From positions 34,622-98,621 of the forward strand of contig JBFWQE010000003.1 in the NCBI GenBank assembly GCA_050249615.1: 64,000 bases of DNA. The letters run 5' to 3'. The DNA comes from Vicinamibacterales bacterium (GTDB lineage Bacteria; Acidobacteriota; Vicinamibacteria; Vicinamibacterales; UBA2999). Shown in pieces: positions 55,191-64,000 of this stretch. The notes beneath the pieces are model-generated. The model saw only the letters and a list, made by a program, of their open reading frames with translations, searched no databases and was not told the origin of the DNA. A program made the translations under genes and the position numbers. Within the stretch, counting starts at the first letter, position 1; each line of letters begins with the position of its first letter.

Positions 55191-55311
55191 GAGTCCTCCC
55201 TGTTACAGGAGGAATCGGAAACCGGCCCCGGCAGCCGCCACCCGCCCCGGGTGGCGCGTGCTTCGCGCGAGGTGGCGCATGCGCTACACTCGGGATCCCC
55301 CGGCCACGACC

Positions 55312-55880
55312 ATGGCCACACACCCCCTTCCCGCCCTCATCGAAGCCGCCGAGCGTGGCGAGGCCGGCGCCGCCGAGGCGCTGTTCACGGCGCTCTACGG
55401 CGAACTGCACCGCATCGCCCGACGCCAGCTGGCGCAGCACGGCTGGGGCGTGACGATCGGCGCGACGAGCCTCCTGCACGAGGCCTATCTCGACCTCTCG
55501 AACCGCGATGGCCGCGCGTTTCCCGACGAGCAGCGCTTCATGGCCTACGCGGCGCGCGTGATGCGCGGGCTCATCATCGACTACGCCCGGAACCGCCAGG
55601 CGCAGAAGCGTGGCGGGGAATTCCACCTGACTACGATTAGTACGGATGTAGCCGAGTCGGTGGGAGGCGGGATCGACCTGACGGCGCTCGGAGGCGCCCT
55701 GGACGAGCTCGCCGCGGTGGATCCGATGCTGGCGGACGTCGTGGACCTGAAGTTCTTCTGCGGCTTCTCGGTGCCGGAGATCGCCGCCATGAAGCAGGTT
55801 TCCGAGCGCACCATCGAGCGCAGGTGGCAGAAGGCCCGCTTGTTCCTGCACAGGTCCGTCCGCACGGATCTGTTGCGCGA

Positions 55881-55884
<4 letters not shown>
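55312..55884 (+). CDS. ECF-type sigma-70 family factor (kinase-associated subgroup)
   Basis: Track ORF 55174..55884 trimmed to MATHPLPALIEAAERGEAGAAEALF. The region 4 HTH is FSVPEIAAMKQVSERTIERRW. Confidence 0.8.
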
Positions 55885-58742
<2,858 letters not shown>

Positions 58743-58774
58743 CGGAGGCGGGCCCGGCCCGGTAAGATCCCCGC

Positions 58775-60349
58775 ATGCGCGTCTGCCCGTTCCCCACGCT
58801 GACCCTCATCGTCGTGGCCGTGGCCTCCACGGGCGCCGCCCAATCGGGAAGCGCCTCCCTCGAGGGGCTCCAGACCCGCGCGGAGCGCTCGAGTTTCACC
58901 GAGACGAGCCGCTACGACGATGTGCAACGGTTCCTGGCGGTGGCGGACGAGGCCTCGGACCTCGTGCGGGTGACTTCGTTCGGCTACAGCTTCGAAGGCC
59001 GGTCGCTGCCGTTGGCCGTTGTCGGGCGCGTGGCCGACGCCACGCCCGTGGCGGTGAAGGCCTCCGGGCTGCTGCGCGTCTACATCCAGGCCAACATCCA
59101 CGCAGGCGAGGTGGAGGGCAAGGAGGCAGCACTGGCGCTCGTGCGCGAGATCGCGAGGGGCGCGCACGCCGGCTGGCTGCAGTCGATGGTGCTGCTCGTG
59201 AACCCCATCTACAACCCGGACGGGAACGAGCGCGTCACGCTCACGAGCCGCGGCTTCCAGCACGGGCCCGTCGGCGGGCAGGGCACGCGGCCGAACGCGC
59301 AGGGCCTCAACATCAACCGCGACAACATGAAGCTCGAGACGCCCGAGGCGCGCTCGATGGTGCGGCTGCTGAACGACTACGACCCGCACGTGATGATCGA
59401 CCTGCACACCACCAACGGGTCGCGGCACGCCTACCACCTCACGTACGAGACGCCGAACAACCCGATCGTGGACGCGGCCGTCGCGCGCGAGGCGCGCACG
59501 TGGCTCGCCGAGGTGACGCGGGCCGTCAAGGCGCGGGACGGCTGGGACATCCGCTCGTACGGGAACGTGTCCGGCCAGGCGCCCGATCGCGCATGGACCA
59601 CGGTGGAGGACCTGCCGCGCTACACGCACAACTACTGGGGGCTGCGGAACCGCTTCGGCATCCTCAGCGAGACGTACTCCTACCTGCCCTTTGCCGATCG
59701 CGTGGCGACCAACCAGCGGTTTCTCGAGGAAGTCCTCGGATACGCGCACGCCAACGCCGCGCGGCTGCGCCAGGTGGCTGAGGCCGCAGACGCGGCGCCG
59801 CTGGTGGGGCAGCGCCTGTCGCTGCGCTCGAAGGTGGCGCGCGGCGGGAAGATTGACATCCTCATGGGCGACGTCATCGAGGACGTCAACCCGTACTCGG
59901 GCCGCATCATGCACCGGCGCGCCGACGTGCGGAAGCCGGAGCCGATGTGGGACGAGACCACCTTCACGTCCACCGACGCCGAGCGCGTTCCCTCCGCCTA
60001 CATCGTCCCGGCGGCCGAAAAGGCCGTGCTCGAGCGGCTGCGCGCGCACGGCGTGCGCGTGGAGCCCATGCCCGCGAGCGGGCCGCAGGCGGTGGAGGAG
60101 TTCCGGATCGCCGGCACCACCGTCACCGAGCGCGCCTTCGAGAACCATCAGGAGCGCACGGTGACGGGCGAGTGGGCGCCCGCCACGCACGACCTGGCGG
60201 GGGCGTTTCGCGTGCCGATGACGCAGCCGCTCGCGCGGCTGGCGTTCTACCTGCTCGAGCCGCGCTCGAACGACGGCCTGGCCACGTGGAACGTAGTGGA
60301 CGAGGCCATCAAGGCGTCGCGGTATCCGGTGCTGCGGACACGAGACTGA
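58775..60349 (+). CDS. Secreted M14-family metallocarboxypeptidase-like protein
   Basis: 524 aa with a signal peptide. ANIHAGEVEGKEA contains the HxxE zinc motif. Later DLHTTNGS. Confidence 0.75.
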   Translation: MRVCPFPTLTLIVVAVASTGAAQSGSASLEGLQTRAERSSFTETSRYDDVQRFLAVADEASDLVRVTSFGYSFEGRSLPLAVVGRVADATPVAVKASGLLRVYIQANIHAGEVEGKEAALALVREIARGAHAGWLQSMVLLVNPIYNPDGNERVTLTSRGFQHGPVGGQGTRPNAQGLNINRDNMKLETPEARSMVRLLNDYDPHVMIDLHTTNGSRHAYHLTYETPNNPIVDAAVAREARTWLAEVTRAVKARDGWDIRSYGNVSGQAPDRAWTTVEDLPRYTHNYWGLRNRFGILSETYSYLPFADRVATNQRFLEEVLGYAHANAARLRQVAEAADAAPLVGQRLSLRSKVARGGKIDILMGDVIEDVNPYSGRIMHRRADVRKPEPMWDETTFTSTDAERVPSAYIVPAAEKAVLERLRAHGVRVEPMPASGPQAVEEFRIAGTTVTERAFENHQERTVTGEWAPATHDLAGAFRVPMTQPLARLAFYLLEPRSNDGLATWNVVDEAIKASRYPVLRTRD

Positions 60350-60362
60350 GGCGCGGGGCCGT

Positions 60363-62276
60363 TCAGCGAGGCCTGGCCGTCGTTGATGCGAGGTCTCGCT
60401 GCAGCTGCGCAATCAGGGAGCGAAGCTCGGCGATCTCGCGCGCCTGCGCGGCGCGCTCGTGCTCCAGGCGCTGCACCTCGTTGAGGAGCAGCGTCGGCAG
60501 CACGTGGTATTTCACCGTTTCCGGCTGGCCCTCGCCGTCGTACGCGACCAGTTCGGGCAGTACTTCGGCGACTTCTTCCGCGATCAGGCCGTATTGAATG
60601 GGCGTGCTGCCGTCGGCGAAGGGCCGCTTGTAGGTGAAGCTGACCGGGCGCAAGTCGAAGATGGCGCGGCTGACGGCGCCGAGATCCTCGATGTGGTCTT
60701 TCGTGCGCCGGCTCGAGCTGATGGTGCCGACCTGGCCGGCGCCATCGATCATCACAGGGACTGCGTTGTTCTGGCCGGTCGTCACGTTGCGGGTGGCGGC
60801 CAGGAAGAGCCGTGTGTGAGTCGCGCCGCTCCCCAGTCGGATGGTCTGGCTCTCGGAGGCGACTCCCTCGTTTCCGAGATAGAGATTGTAGTTTCCGGTC
60901 GTGAGATTCTGTCCCGCTCTGCTGCCAATCGCGGTATTGATGCCTCCCGACGTCAGATAGCCCAAAGCGCCCTCCCCGATTGCAGTATTGCCGCTATAAA
61001 AGTTGGTGACCTGAGCGAGGGCGTCCGCGCCGACCGCGGTGTTGAAAGCGCCTGTCGAGGCGGCCAGCGCGGATCGTCCGATCGCAACGTTGTCGCTGCC
61101 GGTCGCGTTCAGCGCCAACGCAAATCCTCCGACCGCCACATTGCCAAGACCCTCGGTGTTGTATTGCATGGCGAAGGCCCCGACGGCCGTGTTCGCTGAT
61201 CCCGTTGTCGCGTTGAGCAACGCCTGCTGACCGACCCCGGTGTTGTTGTCCCCGGTGGAGACGGTATTCACCGCCTGGAACCCTACAGCGGTGTTGTTGC
61301 TGCCGCTCGACACGTTGTAGAGCGCGGCGTGCCCGAACGCGCTGTTCCGGGCGCCGGATGTGAGGTTGACGAAGGTGAAGGCTCCGACGGCCGTATTGTC
61401 CAGCCCGGCCGCCTGGTGGGTGTGGTCGCTCCGCGCGACCGAGTTTGACGCCCCGGTCCCCGCGAAGTTCACGTTGAGGGTCACGTCGCCCGATGTGCCG
61501 CCGCCCGAAAGGCCCGCACCAGCTGAGACCGCCGTGATGTCGCCGCTGCCGCCGACACCTACACACGCGACCGTGCCATCCTGGTTGACCATGCTCACGG
61601 CCTGCCCCGCGGGGCAGGTGCCGGTGACACGCGCCTGTGTCGCCACCGGGTTGATGGCCAGCGTCACGTCGCCGGACGCCCCGCCACCCGTTAGCCCGGT
61701 CCCCGCCGCGACGGAGGTGATGTCGCCGCCGCCCCCGCCGCCGACGCCGACACATGTCACGGTGCCATCCTGGTTGACCACGCTCACGGCCTGACCCGAG
61801 GGACACGTGCCCGTCACGCGGAGCTGGACCTGTTCGGGATCGACCGCTGCGCTGCCGACGCCGACGGGCGGTCGCGGCGGGCCGCCGACGCCGCCGCCCA
61901 GGGTCGAGACGAAGTTGCCCTGCCGGCCCGCGCTATCGCGCCAGGTGCCGTTCAGGCCCGCAAGGCTGATGGTCGCTTCCACGTGCACCGGGCTGCCGCC
62001 CGGCGAGACGATGACGGTGAAGCCAAACCCGACCTGCCCGTCGGGCCGCACGAACGCCTCCCCGGAGACGGCCGCTGGCGTCGTCCCGCACTGGTCGTCG
62101 GTCCCGTCCAGCGTGTAGAGGGCCCCGGTCTGGGTCACCGTGAGCGACACGACGTTGCAGTAGGGCTGCAGCTGCCAGCGGAAGACACCCAGAGTCTGCG
62201 CCGGGGCAGACCGGGCTCCGGCCAGCAGCCAGCCGAGGGCAAGCGCGCACAGGGCGGCACGGGAGTGAACCGGCAT
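60363..62276 (-). CDS. Secreted fibre protein: duplicated Cys-loop module, YadA/Hep_Hag-like Gly/Ala/Asn repeats, and a C-terminal tail-fibre intramolecular-chaperone (peptidase S74-like) domain
   Basis: 637 aa with a signal peptide. Two copies of RVTGTCP(S/A)GQAVS(V/M)VNQDGTV(T/A)CVGVGG...GDIT(S/A)V(A/S)AG. More than 15 NTAVG/NVAIG-type repeats. C-terminus [13 protein letters not shown]...VSFTYK...[17 protein letters not shown]...[17 protein letters not shown] plus a coiled coil. Confidence 0.75.
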   Translation of the reverse strand: MPVHSRAALCALALGWLLAGARSAPAQTLGVFRWQLQPYCNVVSLTVTQTGALYTLDGTDDQCGTTPAAVSGEAFVRPDGQVGFGFTVIVSPGGSPVHVEATISLAGLNGTWRDSAGRQGNFVSTLGGGVGGPPRPPVGVGSAAVDPEQVQLRVTGTCPSGQAVSVVNQDGTVTCVGVGGGGGGDITSVAAGTGLTGGGASGDVTLAINPVATQARVTGTCPAGQAVSMVNQDGTVACVGVGGSGDITAVSAGAGLSGGGTSGDVTLNVNFAGTGASNSVARSDHTHQAAGLDNTAVGAFTFVNLTSGARNSAFGHAALYNVSSGSNNTAVGFQAVNTVSTGDNNTGVGQQALLNATTGSANTAVGAFAMQYNTEGLGNVAVGGFALALNATGSDNVAIGRSALAASTGAFNTAVGADALAQVTNFYSGNTAIGEGALGYLTSGGINTAIGSRAGQNLTTGNYNLYLGNEGVASESQTIRLGSGATHTRLFLAATRNVTTGQNNAVPVMIDGAGQVGTISSSRRTKDHIEDLGAVSRAIFDLRPVSFTYKRPFADGSTPIQYGLIAEEVAEVLPELVAYDGEGQPETVKYHVLPTLLLNEVQRLEHERAAQAREIAELRSLIAQLQRDLASTTARPR

Positions 62277-62328
62277 GGGGCCTCCTGGAAGCTGATAGAC
62301 TCCGCACCTTGAGCGACGAGGGTGGCCG

Positions 62329-64000
62329 ATGTCCTCTGAGCGTCCTCAAAAAGATCTCGAAATCTCCTCGGCTTCGCCCGAAGTCCAGTCCTTTGGGCCC
62401 TTCGAGCTCGATCGGCCCAACATGCGGCTGCTGCGCGACGGGGCGCCCATCGCCCTGACGCCCAAGGCGTTCGAGGCGCTGGCCCTGCTCCTGGCGACCC
62501 CGGGCCAGCTCGTCACCCGCGAGCATTTCCTGAAGGCCCTCTGGCCGGACACCACCGTCGAGGACGGCAACCTGACCAGCACCATCTGGATGGTGCGCAA
62601 GGCCCTTGGCGATCACGAGGGCTGGATTCAGACGGTGCCGAAGCGGGGATATCGGTTTGCCGGTCCGACCAGCACCAGGCCGGCGTCGCCCGAGGCCAGG
62701 ACCGGCGACCAGGCGCGGCCAGCCGCATCCACCTGGCGGATATGGCCGGCCACCCTGGTCGCATTGGCCATCGTCGGCGCGCTGATTCTGGCCCGGAGCT
62801 CGAACGCTCGTCCGCCGTCAGCGGGGGCCGCGCCGATACGTGCCCTGGCCGTGCTGCCGTTCCGGAGCCTGTCCGCCGAGTCCGAGCAGGCGTTCTTCGC
62901 CGAAGGGATGACGGACGCCGTCATCATCGACCTCGCCAGCATCTCGGCGCTGCGCGTCGTGTCCCATCAGTCCGTCCGGCGATATCGCGACAGCGACCGG
63001 CCCCTTGCCGACATCGCCCGCGAGCTCGGCGCCGACGCCATCGTCGAAGGGTCGGTCGGCCGCACGGGCTCACGCGTTCGCCTGACGGCCCAGTTGATCG
63101 ATGCGCGCGCGGACCAGCACCTGTGGGCCGCTACCTACGACCGCCCGGCCGACGACGTGCAGGCGCTGCAGGGGGAGCTGGCCTCGGCGGTGGCGGGCGC
63201 CATTCGAGTCCATGTGTCGGAGCCCGAGCGCACGGCCCTGGCCGGACGGCGTGCCGTGGATCCCGACGTCTACGACGACTACCTGCGCGGCCGCTACTTC
63301 TTCGCGCAGCGCAGCGAGCGCGCGCTGGCCCGGAGCCGCGAGCACTTCCGCCGTGCCATCGAGCGCGATGCCACCTTTGCCCCGGCCTGGGCTGGCCTGG
63401 CGCTGGCCTACGGCCCCTCGGGGTTCTTCGGCTACGTGCCGCCCGCCGAAGGGGCGCGGCAGATGCGTGCCGCTGCCGAGCGGGCGCTGCAGCTGGATCC
63501 CACGCTCGTCGACGCGCAGGTGGCACTGGCCAACGCGCTCACGGTGTACGACCATGACTGGCAGGGCGCGGAGCGCGCGTACACGCGGATCTTCGAGCGG
63601 CAGCCCGACCACGCCCAGGCCCGGCTGTGGTACGGCATGATGCTCGGCCACCAGGGTCGGCTCGCGGAGGCGCTGGCCGAGCGGCAGCGCGCGTTGTCGC
63701 TCGATCCGCTCTCACTCCGGTTCAACACGAGCGTGGCCGACACACTGACGGCGATGCACCGCTACGAAGAAGCGATTGCGCGCTACCGGAAGACGCTGGA
63801 GCTGGACCCTGGTTTCGCGCCCGCACACCTCGGCCTCGGGGTGGCTCTCCTCGGCTCCGGACGGGGGGAGGACGCGGTCAAGGCCATCGAGGAAGGCGAT
63901 CGCCGGTCGAGCGACGCGCGATCGCGGGCGACGCTGGGCCACGCGTACGGACGCGTGGGGCGTGTGGCCGACGCGCACGCCATCCTCGACGAGCTTCGCA
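62329..64000 (+). CDS. CadC-type winged-helix DNA-binding domain, TM segment, periplasmic TolB-N-like module and TPR repeats; 3' end outside the window
   Basis: Not in the supplied track because it has no stop inside the window; translated by eye from the ATG at 62329. Sequence: [67 protein letters not shown]...[11 protein letters not shown] helix [27 protein letters not shown]...[14 protein letters not shown], then TPR-like helices to nt 64000. Confidence 0.8.
   Translation, partial: MSSERPQKDLEISSASPEVQSFGPFELDRPNMRLLRDGAPIALTPKAFEALALLLATPGQLVTREHFLKALWPDTTVEDGNLTSTIWMVRKALGDHEGWIQTVPKRGYRFAGPTSTRPASPEARTGDQARPAASTWRIWPATLVALAIVGALILARSSNARPPSAGAAPIRALAVLPFRSLSAESEQAFFAEGMTDAVIIDLASISALRVVSHQSVRRYRDSDRPLADIARELGADAIVEGSVGRTGSRVRLTAQLIDARADQHLWAATYDRPADDVQALQGELASAVAGAIRVHVSEPERTALAGRRAVDPDVYDDYLRGRYFFAQRSERALARSREHFRRAIERDATFAPAWAGLALAYGPSGFFGYVPPAEGARQMRAAAERALQLDPTLVDAQVALANALTVYDHDWQGAERAYTRIFERQPDHAQARLWYGMMLGHQGRLAEALAERQRALSLDPLSLRFNTSVADTLTAMHRYEEAIARYRKTLELDPGFAPAHLGLGVALLGSGRGEDAVKAIEEGDRRSSDARSRATLGHAYGRVGRVADAHAILDELR

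Noticed and set aside
60363-62276. The tail-fibre-like gene as a marker of a prophage or mobile island
   Set aside because: I could recognise no integrase, terminase, capsid, baseplate or att-like repeats in the flanking 20 kb. The neighbours are ordinary chromosomal genes.

Overview
High-GC (about 65-70% by eye) bacterial chromosome. The gene content suggests Acidobacteriota or a similar soil lineage: an ADOP-type duplicated FtsX permease, CadC-like winged-helix regulators fused to TolB/TPR sensors, and an ECF sigma factor paired with a Ser/Thr kinase. I cannot confirm the taxon without a search.

The many long Arg/Ala/Pro/Gly-rich ORFs in the track are antisense or off-frame artefacts of the GC content. 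I call about 60 genes whose translations have balanced composition and recognisable motifs.

Main blocks:
- M16 peptidase pair, HAD and GNAT.
- HIT, prmC, prfA, moaD, moaE and thiD on the minus strand, then bioY.
- ADOP permease.
- A tight operon of fumarase, erpA, a Fur-rubrerythrin fusion, PHP, a degenerate ABC ATPase and a cold-shock-domain protein.
- tRNA-Sec (selC).
- TetR-TolC-HlyD-MFS efflux operon.
- TonB-dependent receptor.
- Retropepsin, a GG-ending Ubl and a BNR propeller.
- PQQ dehydrogenase.
- A 12.6-kb, 16-gene minus-strand block headed by form I CO dehydrogenase (coxMSL with the AYRCSFR loop) and carrying unusual accessory genes.
- mocA and xdhC, ftsH, ECF sigma with its kinase, an M14 peptidase, an orphan tail-fibre/S74 protein, and a CadC-TPR regulator that runs off the window end and is absent from the ORF track.

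The most notable unexplained signals are:
1. Intergenic tandem arrays with an ~8-nt period (GGTTCTCR, CCCAAGAC, GGTGCAAG, GCCCCAAT). They bracket individual genes, abut a truncated permease gene, and often satisfy G-quadruplex/i-motif run spacing.
2. A 267-bp MITE-like imperfect palindrome with 35/36-nt terminal inverted repeats.
3. The non-canonical tail of the cox operon: an XdhC-YHS fusion, a Cys-less YtxJ-like fusion, a B12-radical SAM enzyme, an SmtA-like metallothionein, and a frameshifted TonB_C-like gene.

All functional assignments rest on motifs read by eye. No database search was run.
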